The translations under genes were made by a program, and so were the position numbers. Below are positions 25,511 to 35,800 of a stretch of 64,000 nt of DNA, piece by piece; the first letter of the stretch is position 1, and each line of letters begins with the position of its first letter. The notes below the pieces were generated by a model. It worked only from the letters and a program-made list of their open reading frames with translations, was not told where the DNA came from and did no database searches. Origin of the DNA: Acidobacteriota bacterium (GTDB lineage: Bacteria; Acidobacteriota; Vicinamibacteria; Vicinamibacterales; SCN-69-37); NCBI GenBank assembly GCA_005799825.1, contig SYFT01000034.1, forward strand, positions 7,629 through 71,628, in the 5' to 3' direction.

Positions 25511-27130
25511 CTAGCACGCGCAGCCTGTGGAACAGCCCCGCTTCGTTGCGAGCGCGGCTTCAAGCCTGATGGCTGTCGGCGTTGTGGCCAGTCCGCCGAG
25601 CGAGGTGCAGCGAAGTTCACGGGGCATCTGTCCGGCCACGCGTCGGGCGGCGTCAATAACTTCATCGAAGGGAATCAGCGGGTCGTACCCGGCCAGCGCC
25701 ATGTTGGCGCAGGAGGCGGCATTGCTCGCGGCAATGACGTTCTTGCCCAGGCACGGGGCTTCGACACGTCCGGCTATGGGATCACAGATGAGCCCCAACA
25801 TGCTCTGCAGCGCCATCGATGACGCGCCCAGGGCCTGCGGCAATGTGCCATCTGCCAGCGTCACCAGAGCGGCCGCAGCCATCGCGGCCGCAGATCCGCC
25901 TTCCGCCTGGCAGCCTCCCACTTCGGCGGCAAACGTCCACTGACTCGCGATGAACAGCCCGACCGCGCCGGCCGCAAGCATCGCGCGCGCCATGTCCTCT
26001 TCCGACTTGCCCAGTTCCTCGGCAAAGGCGATACACGCGCCGGGCAGCGCCGCGCACGCGCCCGCCGTCGGGGCGGCGACGATGACGCCCATGGAACTTT
26101 TCACCTCCATGAGTGCCGTTACGTAGAGGACCGCTCGACTGAGTGCGCCGGTGTTGAGCAGCCGTCCGGCGTCGAGCTCGCGCTTGAATCCGCCAGACTG
26201 GTGGCCGAGCAACCGATCCTCGTAGGTGGTGCCCGCGATGCCCTGCGCAATGGACGCGCGTAACAACCGGACGATGTCCACCATCTTCGAGAGCACCTGG
26301 CTTTCTGTCAGGTCGCCGCGCGCCATCTCGTATTCGACAGCCCATTCCCACAGGCGCCGCGAGGCCCGGCCCGAGTCTTGTCGAACATTGTCGAGTGCGA
26401 CGAGTTCGGCGGCTGTCGAAAAGGGGATCTTCAAGTCTGCGCGCGAGCCCACGGGCAATACCGGCCGCAGGCGATGCAGGGTGAGTCCAGGAGCGAGCCG
26501 CCGAAGCTCGGCCTCAATCTCGGCGTCTGCGCATTCCTGCGCCCGCACCTGCACCAACTGCCTTCGCCGACCGCTGCCTTCGGTCGCAGCCCGAATCACC
26601 CGCACGTCGTCTATCGGCATCAGTGACTGCACCAGCGTTGCCACGTCGTCGCCCAGGCCATCTACAAAAATCAGCGTCTCGAAATAGTCGCCGCCGATCG
26701 AGACGGCGAAACCGTCGATGTTCGTGAGTTCCATCATGCCGCCGCCGGTGGAGATGGCGATGACGGTGTGGTGCTCACCGTTGGTGTTCTCGAGGGTCAG
26801 GCGGTAGGTGTTGGGATGCGGGTCGCCGGCATCGACCACCGCGATATCAAAAGTCATCCCCGCGGCCCGCAAAGTGTTCACCGACGTGGGCACGCCATCG
26901 TCTGCCGCTTCCATGCCGAGGAGGCCGCCGCACAAACCCATGTCTGAGCCCTGGCTGTCGTGAGTGGTGGGCAGTGAGCCCTGTCGGTCCATTTCGAAGA
27001 GCACGCGGCTGATGTTGGCGTTCATCAGGTCGCGAGCGAGCCGGCCTATTCGCAGCGCGGCCGCGCAATGGGAAGACGATGAGCCACGCATGACGGGGCC
27101 GATGACGTCGTTGAAGATGCTGACCTGCAT
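25511..27130 (-). CDS. sdaA: iron-sulfur L-serine ammonia-lyase, single chain with fused beta and alpha domains
   Basis: Distal part of ORF 25511..27244 with ATG at 27128-27130. Family segments are SIFNDVIGPVMRGSSSSHCAA, STGGGMMEL and EVGGCQAEGGSAAAMAAA. Confidence 0.88.
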   Translation of the reverse strand: MQVSIFNDVIGPVMRGSSSSHCAAALRIGRLARDLMNANISRVLFEMDRQGSLPTTHDSQGSDMGLCGGLLGMEAADDGVPTSVNTLRAAGMTFDIAVVDAGDPHPNTYRLTLENTNGEHHTVIAISTGGGMMELTNIDGFAVSIGGDYFETLIFVDGLGDDVATLVQSLMPIDDVRVIRAATEGSGRRRQLVQVRAQECADAEIEAELRRLAPGLTLHRLRPVLPVGSRADLKIPFSTAAELVALDNVRQDSGRASRRLWEWAVEYEMARGDLTESQVLSKMVDIVRLLRASIAQGIAGTTYEDRLLGHQSGGFKRELDAGRLLNTGALSRAVLYVTALMEVKSSMGVIVAAPTAGACAALPGACIAFAEELGKSEEDMARAMLAAGAVGLFIASQWTFAAEVGGCQAEGGSAAAMAAAALVTLADGTLPQALGASSMALQSMLGLICDPIAGRVEAPCLGKNVIAASNAASCANMALAGYDPLIPFDEVIDAARRVAGQMPRELRCTSLGGLATTPTAIRLEAALATKRGCSTGCAC

Positions 27131-27146
27131 GGAAAGGAAGTATAGC

Positions 27147-27187
27147 GTCCAGGGTCCAGGGTCCAGAGTCCGCGGGGATAGACTCTG
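27147..27187. repeat. short heptamer array GTCCAGG GTCCAGG GTCCAGA GTCCGCG plus an inverted unit GACTCTG
   Basis: It lies in the 61-bp divergent intergenic region between the sdaA start (27130) and the aminotransferase start (27192). CAGAGTC (27164-27170) and GACTCTG (27181-27187) form a 7-bp inverted repeat. Confidence 0.8.
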
Positions 27188-27191
27188 TTTT

Positions 27192-28364
27192 ATGGAATTT
27201 GGGCGATCTTTGCTTGCGCTGTGGCCTCTTGACCCTGCGGCCACCTATCTCAATCACGGCACTGTGGGTGTGGTGCCTGTCCGGGTGGCCGAGGCGCAGC
27301 AGGTGCTGCGGGCGGGAATCGAGCGGCATCCCGCGAAGTTCATGCTGCGCGACCTGTGGACGTTTACCGGGTCGGCGACGGGAGGCCCCACGTTGATGCG
27401 CCAGGCGGCGGCCGAGGTGGCAGCGTTTGTGGGCGCGCGTGGCGACGATCTGGTGTTTGTAGACAACACCAGCGCCGGCGTCAACGCGGTGTTGCGGTCC
27501 ACGCTGCTGGCGCCGGGCGACGAACTGGTGGTGACCGATCACCTCTACGGCGGCTTGCTGACCGCCGTCAACTACATCGCTCGCACCACTGGCGCCACGG
27601 TACGTGTGGTTGAGATCCCGTATCCGGCATTTGACGCGGCGGTCGCCGTGGAGCGCATTGCGTCGGCGGTGACGCCTCGCACCAAACTGGTGATCGCGGA
27701 CCACATCGCAGCCGAAAGTGCGATTGTGTTCCCGATCGCCGATATCGTCCGCGCCTGCAAGGCGAAGGGTGCGACGGTGCTGGTGGACGGCGCGCATGTG
27801 CCAGGCGCGCTGCCGTTGGATGTGGCCGCGATCGGTGCCGACTACTACGTAGCCAATCTCCACAAGTGGGCGATGGCGCCGCGCTCCAGCGCATTCATGG
27901 TGGTGGCACCCGAGCACCAGTCGTCGTTGCACCCGCCCGTCGTTTCATGGGGCCTGGACCAGGGCTTCACGCAGGAGTTCGACTGGGTGGGCACCCGAGA
28001 TCCTTCACCGTGGCTCTGCGCGCCTGACGGCATCCGCTTCCTCCACGATCTCGGCTACGACGCACTGCGTACATACAACCACGATCTCGCCTGGCACGCG
28101 GCGCAGTACCTGACCGGTCAGTGGGGTACGGCGCTGCAGATTGATGAGTCAGCGGTCGGGTGCATGGTCAGCGTCATGACGCCGGAGTCCATCGGCACCA
28201 CGAAGGCCGACGCCGTGCGCTTGCGCGACCGTCTGTTGTTCGAACACAACATCGAAGTGCAGGTGCACGCGCGCGCCGGCCGCGTCTGGGTACGAATCTC
28301 CGCGCAGGCCTATAACGACCGCGCGGACATTGAGCGGCTCTCCCTCCACGCCTCGTGTAACTAG
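27192..28364 (+). CDS. class V-fold PLP-dependent enzyme (isopenicillin-N-epimerase/cysteine-desulfurase-like)
   Basis: Inner part of ORF 26964..28364 with ATG 27192. Family segments are YLNHGTVGVVP and the lysine motif YYVANLHKWAMAP. Confidence 0.82.
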   Translation: MEFGRSLLALWPLDPAATYLNHGTVGVVPVRVAEAQQVLRAGIERHPAKFMLRDLWTFTGSATGGPTLMRQAAAEVAAFVGARGDDLVFVDNTSAGVNAVLRSTLLAPGDELVVTDHLYGGLLTAVNYIARTTGATVRVVEIPYPAFDAAVAVERIASAVTPRTKLVIADHIAAESAIVFPIADIVRACKAKGATVLVDGAHVPGALPLDVAAIGADYYVANLHKWAMAPRSSAFMVVAPEHQSSLHPPVVSWGLDQGFTQEFDWVGTRDPSPWLCAPDGIRFLHDLGYDALRTYNHDLAWHAAQYLTGQWGTALQIDESAVGCMVSVMTPESIGTTKADAVRLRDRLLFEHNIEVQVHARAGRVWVRISAQAYNDRADIERLSLHASCN

Positions 28365-29419
28365 TAGACGCCCTCGGTAACGGACGTGTGCAGCTTCGAG
28401 AACGGCCGCACGTTGCGTACGCCGTCCCAGGGATAGGCGTCGCATGGAGGCTCACGTTCGGCCTCGTCGCGCTCGAGGAACCGCGGAATAAAGAACTCCT
28501 TTGTCAGCGTCGTCAACCGGACCCGTCCGGTGTGGCCGTAAGGCACGAGCTTGGTGGGATGTTCAGAGTCAACCACTTCGAGCACCGCGCGCGGGATCGG
28601 CGGGTAGTAGATGATCGCGTAGTTGTCCTTGAGGTCGAAGGGCTTGTGGGTGGCCAAACCCATCAGCGTGTTGCCGTAGGTGGGCGCGAAGAAGATGCCC
28701 TCGAGCACTTCCTCTCGGACCCAGCGGTGGAACTGGGGAGTCATCTCAGTGCCGCCACAGAAAATGCCGGTGATGCCGGCCTTCTTCAGTGAGGTCTTCT
28801 CGGCCAGCGCCTCAAGCAGTTTCGGCGTGATGAACATGCACTTGATGTTGTCGTGCGCCTTGAGCAGCGTGAGCGCCTGGTCGATGACGTGGCGTTTGTA
28901 GGCTTCCACCTGATCCATCTGCCGCGACTTGACGAGCTTGATGACCCAGCGCGGATCCAGGTCCACGCAGAACGAGATGCCGCCGCGGTGCTGGGCGAGA
29001 TGTTCCACTGCCAGGCGCAGACGCCGAGGACCGGACGGTCCCACCATCAGCCAGTCGGAGCCCTTTGGGAAGAACTCGTCGGGCAGCGTGTCACTGAAGA
29101 TCTCGTAGTCGATGCGGAAGTCGTCAATCGTCACGCGCGATTTCGGGACGCCTGTGGAGCCGCCGGTCTCAAATGTGTAAATAGGCCGGTTGGCGTAGCC
29201 TTTTGGCACCCAACGGCGAACGGGCCCACCGCGCAGCCATTCGTCCTGAAAGAAGCCGAATCGATCCAGATCTTCGTACGTACGGACTTCCTTGCGAGGG
29301 TCCCAGTCGAGTTTGGAAGCGAAGTCGAGCCAGAAGGGGGTGCCCGTCTCCGGACTAAAATGCCAATGCACGATTTCACGGACATGCGCGTCCAACGCGT
29401 CCTTGGTCTGAGGCTGCAT
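28361..29419 (-). CDS. adenylate-forming enzyme of the PaaK/CapK/LuxE-like (ANL superfamily) type
   Basis: ORF 28361..29419 (352 aa). The phosphate-binding motif FETGGSTGVPK resembles SSGTTGKP of PaaK and FTSSGT of LuxE, and sits at the spacing from the N-terminus seen in PaaK-like proteins. FCGGTEMTP lies mid-protein. Substrate unknown. Confidence 0.65.
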   Translation of the reverse strand: MQPQTKDALDAHVREIVHWHFSPETGTPFWLDFASKLDWDPRKEVRTYEDLDRFGFFQDEWLRGGPVRRWVPKGYANRPIYTFETGGSTGVPKSRVTIDDFRIDYEIFSDTLPDEFFPKGSDWLMVGPSGPRRLRLAVEHLAQHRGGISFCVDLDPRWVIKLVKSRQMDQVEAYKRHVIDQALTLLKAHDNIKCMFITPKLLEALAEKTSLKKAGITGIFCGGTEMTPQFHRWVREEVLEGIFFAPTYGNTLMGLATHKPFDLKDNYAIIYYPPIPRAVLEVVDSEHPTKLVPYGHTGRVRLTTLTKEFFIPRFLERDEAEREPPCDAYPWDGVRNVRPFSKLHTSVTEGVY

Positions 29420-29449
29420 CTCGACAGCCTACCATCGTAGAATTCCCTG

Positions 29450-30880
29450 ATGGTGCACATTCCCCTCATCCGCCGCGGCAAGGCCTATCGCAGCATTGAT
29501 GTGGCGCGAATCGCCCATCACGCCACGCGGGAGCCAGTGGCCGAAATCAGCCAGGCCAATGTCGGCCTCATCCGCCGTGACTTGCTGGCGCAGGACGCCA
29601 TGCGCGCGTCCCTGGCCCAGTATCCGGTCGCACGCCTGATGGACATGACGAAGCAGGCCGCGCAGCATTTCCTGCACGACACGCTGCCCGTAGGCGATTC
29701 GTCTCAGTCGCCAGACGACTATGTGCTGCAGCTCTCGGCCACCACGGGCATGCCGCACGCGCTGGTCCGTCGCAACATGCAGCGCATTGTGTCGGTGATG
29801 GAGAACCTGCGGGAAATCCTGCGGGGGCTGACACGCGGACTCGATCTGGGCATCCTCGATCACGGTTTCGGCGAGGTGAATGGTCAGGCGCTCAGCTTCT
29901 ATCCCAACGCCAAGTCGCTGGGCGTGGTGCTGCCGAGCAACTCGCCCGGCGTGCACGGCCTGTGGATTCCCGCCATCGCGATGAAGACGCCGCTGGTGCT
30001 TCGCCCGGGCGGCACGGAGCCGTGGACGCCGTTTCGCTTGATCCAGGCGCTTATGAAGGCCGGCGTACCCGGCGATGCGTTCAACTATTTCCCCAGCGAT
30101 CACGCTGGCGCCGGCGAGATCGTGCGCCAGACCGGCCGCAGTATGTTTTTTGGTGACGTCGCGGCCGTGGGATCTGTCGCCGGCGACCCGCGCGTTGAAC
30201 TCCACGGGCCGGGATACAGCAAGGTACTGTTTGGCGCCGACCTGGCCGGCAACTGGCGCGAGTATCTCGATCTGATCGCCGGATCTGTCGCTGAAAACGG
30301 CGGCCGGTCCTGCGTCAACGCGTCCGGTGTGTGGACACCGGCGCACGGCCGCGAGTTGGCCGAAGCGCTGGCCGCGACACTGGTGGCCATTCAGCCACGC
30401 GCCGCCGACGACCCCGCCGCCGAGATCTCGCCGTTCGTGGACGCGCGGGTAGCCGAGCGCATCTCCCAGCAGATTGACGCCGGACTGCTCGAGCCCGGCG
30501 CTGAAGATGTGACCATGCGGCTGCGTAAGGGCCCGCGCCTCGTGACGGCCCATGGAGCCACGTTCTTATTGCCCACCGTCATCCACTGTTCCTCTTCGGA
30601 ACATCCGCTCGCCAATCGGGAGTTCCTGTTCCCGTTTGTCTCGGTGGTGGACGTGACGCCGGAGCAGATGGAGACGATGCCTGAGTGCGCCGGCGCCACC
30701 CTGGCCGCGACGGGGCTGACCAACGATCAGGAACTCATCACCCGCTTCGTGCAGTCTGACCTCATCGGGCGGTTGAACCTGGGGCCGCTGCGCACCAATC
30801 GCATCGCCTGGGACCAGCCGCACGAAGGCAACCTTTTCGACCACCTCTACGCAAGGCGAGCCTTTCAGATAGCGAACTAG
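29450..30880 (+). CDS. aldehyde dehydrogenase superfamily protein, LuxC-like acyl-CoA/acyl-protein reductase candidate
   Basis: ORF 29450..30880 (476 aa). The NAD(P) domain-like segment is GVVLPSNSPGVHGLWIPAIAMKTPLVLRPG. The candidate catalytic Cys lies in AENGGRSCVNASG (compare the ALDH FxNxGQxC pattern). Divergent from the adenylating enzyme across 30 bp. Confidence 0.65.
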   Translation: MVHIPLIRRGKAYRSIDVARIAHHATREPVAEISQANVGLIRRDLLAQDAMRASLAQYPVARLMDMTKQAAQHFLHDTLPVGDSSQSPDDYVLQLSATTGMPHALVRRNMQRIVSVMENLREILRGLTRGLDLGILDHGFGEVNGQALSFYPNAKSLGVVLPSNSPGVHGLWIPAIAMKTPLVLRPGGTEPWTPFRLIQALMKAGVPGDAFNYFPSDHAGAGEIVRQTGRSMFFGDVAAVGSVAGDPRVELHGPGYSKVLFGADLAGNWREYLDLIAGSVAENGGRSCVNASGVWTPAHGRELAEALAATLVAIQPRAADDPAAEISPFVDARVAERISQQIDAGLLEPGAEDVTMRLRKGPRLVTAHGATFLLPTVIHCSSSEHPLANREFLFPFVSVVDVTPEQMETMPECAGATLAATGLTNDQELITRFVQSDLIGRLNLGPLRTNRIAWDQPHEGNLFDHLYARRAFQIAN

Positions 30881-30907
30881 GAAATGGGCCAATGAGGCAA
30901 TGAGGCA

Positions 30908-32194
30908 ATGAAGCTGCTTGTGCTGACCGCGGGCGCCGCTGAGATGTATTGCGGTTCGTGCCTGCGCGACAACGCGCTGGCGGCGGCGTTGATGGCGCGT
31001 GGGCACGACGTGGTCCTGATGCCGATCTATACGCCAACGACGACCGATGAGGCCAACGTGAGCCAGGGCCGGGTGTTTTTCGGCGGCATCAGTGTGTATT
31101 TGGAGCAGAATGTGCCGCTGTTCCGACACACGCCGGCACTGCTCGACCGGCTGTGGGATTCGTCGGCCGTCCTCAAGATGGCCTCGAAGCATCAGATCAA
31201 GATTGATCCGGCGTTCCTTGGCGAGATGACGGTGTCGATGCTCAAGGGCGCCGACGGCTACCAGCGCAAGGAGGTGGACAAGATGATCCGCTTCCTCAAG
31301 CACGAATCGACGTTCGACGTCGTGAACCTGCCATTTGCGCTGCTGATTGGCCTCGCGAAGCCGATCAAAGACGCGCTCGGGTGTCCCATCGTCTGCACCC
31401 TTCAGGGCGAGGACCTGTTCCTTGACCAATTGCACGAACCGTGGAAAGCACAGGCGCGGGAGCTGATCCGGCAGGCCGTGCCGCACGTGGATCATTTCAT
31501 CGCGGTGAGTGAGTACTACGCGAAGTTCATGGTCCACTACTTCGGCATTCCGGCGGAGCGCATCAGCCTGGTGCCGATCGGCATCAACCCCGGAGGCCAC
31601 GAAGCTATCGAGGCGCGCACGGCGCCGCCGTACACCATCGGATTTTTTGCGCGCATCGCCCCGGAAAAGGGCCTGCACGTCCTGTGTGATGCGTACCATC
31701 GACTCCGGCATCGACCCGATGTGCCCGAGACCCGGCTGGTGGCGGGCGGGTACCTGCTCGAAGAACACCGCGAGTACCTGGTCGGCTGCCAGCGCCGCAT
31801 GCGCGATTGGGGGCTCGACGGCCACTTCACCTACGCGGGCGCGCCGGATCGTGAGGGCAAGATTGCCCTGTTGCGGTCGTTCGACGTCTTCTCTGTGCCG
31901 ACGACCTACGCCGATCCGAAGGGTCTCTTTCTCCTTGAGGCGATGGCGAACGGCCTCCCGGTGATTCAGCCCAAACACGGCGCCTTTCCGGAGATCATCG
32001 AGCGGACAGGCGGCGGAATCCTGGTGCAGCCCGAAGCTTCAGGTGCGCTGGCCGACGCGTTGTTTCAACTGCTGACGGATCGGCCCAAAGCGGCGGCGCT
32101 CGGCCGCGCGGCAGCCGCGGGCGTCCGCGCCCATTACACCGTGGACCAGATGGCGGCATCGGCCGAGCAAGTCTATGCAAAGGTGGCCCGCTGA
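30908..32194 (+). CDS. GT4-family (GT-B fold) glycosyltransferase with an atypical Cys-containing N-terminal motif
   Basis: ORF 30908..32194. The C-terminal half is typical of GT4 (FFARIAPEKGLHVL, PTTYADPKGLFLLEAMANGLPVI). The N-terminus AGAAEMYCGSCLRDN replaces the usual Gly-rich loop. Confidence 0.8.
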   Translation: MKLLVLTAGAAEMYCGSCLRDNALAAALMARGHDVVLMPIYTPTTTDEANVSQGRVFFGGISVYLEQNVPLFRHTPALLDRLWDSSAVLKMASKHQIKIDPAFLGEMTVSMLKGADGYQRKEVDKMIRFLKHESTFDVVNLPFALLIGLAKPIKDALGCPIVCTLQGEDLFLDQLHEPWKAQARELIRQAVPHVDHFIAVSEYYAKFMVHYFGIPAERISLVPIGINPGGHEAIEARTAPPYTIGFFARIAPEKGLHVLCDAYHRLRHRPDVPETRLVAGGYLLEEHREYLVGCQRRMRDWGLDGHFTYAGAPDREGKIALLRSFDVFSVPTTYADPKGLFLLEAMANGLPVIQPKHGAFPEIIERTGGGILVQPEASGALADALFQLLTDRPKAAALGRAAAAGVRAHYTVDQMAASAEQVYAKVAR

Positions 32195-32868
32195 TGTTGA
32201 TCGCTTCACACGTGTCGAAACACTACGAGACGGCGCGCGGGCCCGTGCCGATCCTGGAAGACATGTCGCTCGAAGTGGCGCGTGGCGATTCGGTGGCGAT
32301 CATGGGGCCTTCTGGTTGCGGCAAGAGCACGTTGCTCTACATGCTGGGCGCCCTCGAGCGGCCGTCGGCGGGCACAGTCACACTCGATGGTAGGAACCCG
32401 TACGAGTTGAACGACGCGGATCAGTCCGCGTTTCGCAACCAGCACATCGGCTTCGTGTTCCAGGATCATCTGCTGCTGCCGCAACTCTCTGCTCTCGACA
32501 ATGTGCTGGCGCCGACACTGGTCAGTCGCACTGCCGAAGCCGCAGCGGACCGGCTGAAACGCGCCCGCGGATTACTCGACGCGGTGGGGTTGGCGTCCCG
32601 CATCGATCATCGGCCTGGAGAGCTCTCCGGTGGTGAGCGGCAACGCGTAGCTATCGCACGCGCGCTGATCCTGCAACCTTCGGTATTGCTTTGTGATGAA
32701 CCCACCGGCAACCTGGATCGCGGGTCGGCGGATGCGGTGGCCGAGTTGCTTGTATCCCTCCAACAGGATCGATTAATCATACTTGTGGTTGTCACACACA
32801 GCCCGGTGCTGGCCGCGCGATTTGGACGCCGTTACGAACTGACTAATCGCGTCCTGGCCCCTGCATGA
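32194..32868 (+). CDS. ABC transporter ATP-binding protein, MacB/LolD/YbbA type
   Basis: ORF 32194..32868. Walker A is GPSGCGKST, the signature is LSGGERQR and Walker B is LLCDEPTGNLD. The start overlaps the GT4 stop by 1 nt. Confidence 0.92.
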   Translation: MLIASHVSKHYETARGPVPILEDMSLEVARGDSVAIMGPSGCGKSTLLYMLGALERPSAGTVTLDGRNPYELNDADQSAFRNQHIGFVFQDHLLLPQLSALDNVLAPTLVSRTAEAAADRLKRARGLLDAVGLASRIDHRPGELSGGERQRVAIARALILQPSVLLCDEPTGNLDRGSADAVAELLVSLQQDRLIILVVVTHSPVLAARFGRRYELTNRVLAPA

Positions 32869-35800
32869 CCGTGTTCAGACTGGCGCTGAAGAGCCTGTCG
32901 TACTACCGCCGTACTCACGTCGCCGTTGCTGCGGGCGTCGCTGCCGCAGTGGCCGTGCTGGCGGGCTCACTGCTGGTTGGCGCGTCAGTGAGGGCCAGCC
33001 TTGCGGGCTTGGTCACAGCGCGGCTTGGCAAGGCCGACCTTCTGGTGTCTGCAGAAAACCCCTTCTTGGACACGCTGGGTGATCGACTTCGAACGCAACC
33101 GCGACTCACGGCCGCCGTATCTGGCGTGGCGCCGGTCTTCGCCCTTGAAGGTGTTGTCACACATCAGTCGTCGAGCAGGCGCGCCGGCAACGTCAGCGTG
33201 TACGGGGTTGATGACAGATTCTTCGCGCTCCATGGCGCGACCGCTACCGCGCCCACCGGCACCAGCGTTCTGTTGAGTCCCGACCTCGCGAGTGAGCTGG
33301 GCGCCGCCGAGTCCGACTCGGTCGTCCTGCGCGTCGCGCGGCCCACCGACATCCCGCTCGATTCACTCCACGGCAGAAAAGACGACGTCGGCCGAGCGAT
33401 GAGGCTGCGGGTCCAGGGGGTGTTGCCGGCGGCGTCGATGGGAGAGTTCTCGCTATCTCCCCGTCAGGGTCCCGTGCGCGCGATGTTCGTGAATCTCGCT
33501 CGCCTCCAGCGCGACCTCGAACAACCGGGACGTGTGAACGCGCTGCTCGTGGCGCGCGTGCCAGGCGCGACCCTCGACGCGGCAACTGTGGTCGCCGCGC
33601 TGGACCAGGCGATAGAGGCCGCCGATCTGGGCCTGACCGTCAGTTCCGCCAGTTCCCCATTTCTCCAGATCGAGACGGCCAGCGGCCTGATGAGCGATGC
33701 GCAGGTGGCGGCAGCGACAAAGGCTTCAGGCGCGCGGCCGGAGTTCGTGACGCCGGTGTTGAGCTGGCTCGCGAACAAGATGACTGTCGGTGCGCGTTCG
33801 ACACCGTACTCACTGGTGGCGGGACTGGGCGCGTACGCGGCGGGTGATGAAAGGCTGTCGACGCTGTTGTCCGGAAGTCTGACCGTCACGTCAGGCGGCT
33901 CTCCCATTGTCCTGAGTGAGTGGACAGCCCGGGACCTCGTTGCGAAGATCGGCGACTCGCTCGAGATGGAGTACTACCGCTGGGCCGACGAGGGCCGGCT
34001 GATCACCGAACGTGCGACATTTCGCGTGGCGGGGATTGTGCCCATCGAAGGAGTGGCGGCCGATCGGCGGCTGTCGCCCGCGTATCCGGGCATCACGGAC
34101 AGCGAGAGTGTGGCCGACTGGGACCCGCCTTTCCCGATCGATCTGACGCAGGTGCGGCCCACCGATGAAGACTACTGGGATCGCTACAAGACCACTGCTA
34201 AGGCCTTCGTCTCGGTCGAGGCAGCCCAGCGTTTGTGGGGTACTCGCTACGGCAAGGTGAGTTCGTTGCGGGTGCCGAGCAGCGAGGATGGACCTGCCGA
34301 TGATGTGTCGCGTTCGGTCGCGACCGCAGTCACGCGGGCGGTGGGCAGTGCTGGCGCCGGACTCACGGTGGTCGATGTCCGCACGCAGAACATCGCGGCC
34401 TCGGCCGGCGCCACCGACTTCGGCGCGTACTTTTCGTACTTCAGCTTCTTCCTCGTCGTGTCTGCTCTCTTGTTGACGGCGTTGTTCTTCCGACTCGGTG
34501 TGGAACAACGGCTGCGCGAGATCGGCGTCCTGCGGGCCACTGGCTATTCGCTTCGTGCGATCGGGCGGGTCTTGATCATCGAAGGCGCACTCGTGGCCGT
34601 GGCCGGAGCCGTGGCAGGGACTGTCCTCGCGATGGCGTGGGCGCAACTGATGATGTACGGCCTGCGTACCTGGTGGGTGGGAGCGGTCGGCACCACCGCG
34701 CTGACCTTGCATGTTGATCCCCTCACGCTCGCGATCGGCGCGCTCGGTGGTGTGATCGCGTCGGTCGCATGCATCGCGTGGACCGTGCGCGGCCTCAGCC
34801 GTCGATCGCCGCGTGACCTGCTGGCCGGCAGTGCAGGCTCAGCCTCGGTTCGCCGCCGATCGCGCGGCTATCTCTGGGCCGTTGTGACGGCCGCGGCCGC
34901 GCTGGCGCTGACCGCCGCCACCACAGCTGGCGTTGTCCCCGCAGCGGCGGGCTTTTTCGGCGCCGGCGCCCTCGTGCTCATCAGCGGGCTCGCGGCTTTG
35001 TCAGGATGGTTGCGCCGCCGGACCGCCGCCGTGCTCCATGGTTCCGGCTCCATGGCCCTGGCGCGCCTCGGTTGGCAAAACGCCGCCTGGAGGCCGGGCC
35101 GCAGTCTCACCTCGACCGCGCTTGTCGCCGCAGCGGCGTTCTTGCTTGTATCGGTTGACGCGTTCCGCAAGGACACGGGCGCGGCGGCCAACCGCTCCGG
35201 CGGCACCGGTGGCTTTGCGCTCATCGCTGAGTCGGTCCTACCCCTGGTCAACGACCCCGCCGATGCTGCGGGACGTGAAGCGCTGGGCCTGGTGTTCGAC
35301 CAGAGTGACAACGCGCTGTCGGGGGTTTCACTTACCGCGGCACGCCTGCGGCCGGGCGACGACGCAAGTTGCCTCAATTTGTATCAACCGAAACAGCCGC
35401 GAGTCCTCGGTGTGACGGATCGCCTGATCAATCAAGGTCGATTTTCCTTCGCCGCCAGTCTTGCGGCCACCAACGACGAACGGGCCAATCCGTGGATCCT
35501 GCTCCGGCAGGAACAGGCAGATGGTCTGGTGCCTGCGATCGTTGACGCGACGTCGCTCCAGTACGTGCTGCACGCAGCCGTGGGCGACGAGGTGGTGATC
35601 GACGCCGAGACCGCCCGCCCCATCCGCCTTCGAATCGTCGGGACGCTTGCCGATAGCGTGCTGCAAGGCGAGATCATGATCGGCGAAGCCGCATTCACGA
35701 AGCTGTTCCCGGAGATTGTCGGCTACCGGGTCCTGCTGACGGATGTAGCCCCGGAGCGTGCCGGTGCGCTGGATGATGTGGCCGCGACGCTTGAAGAACG

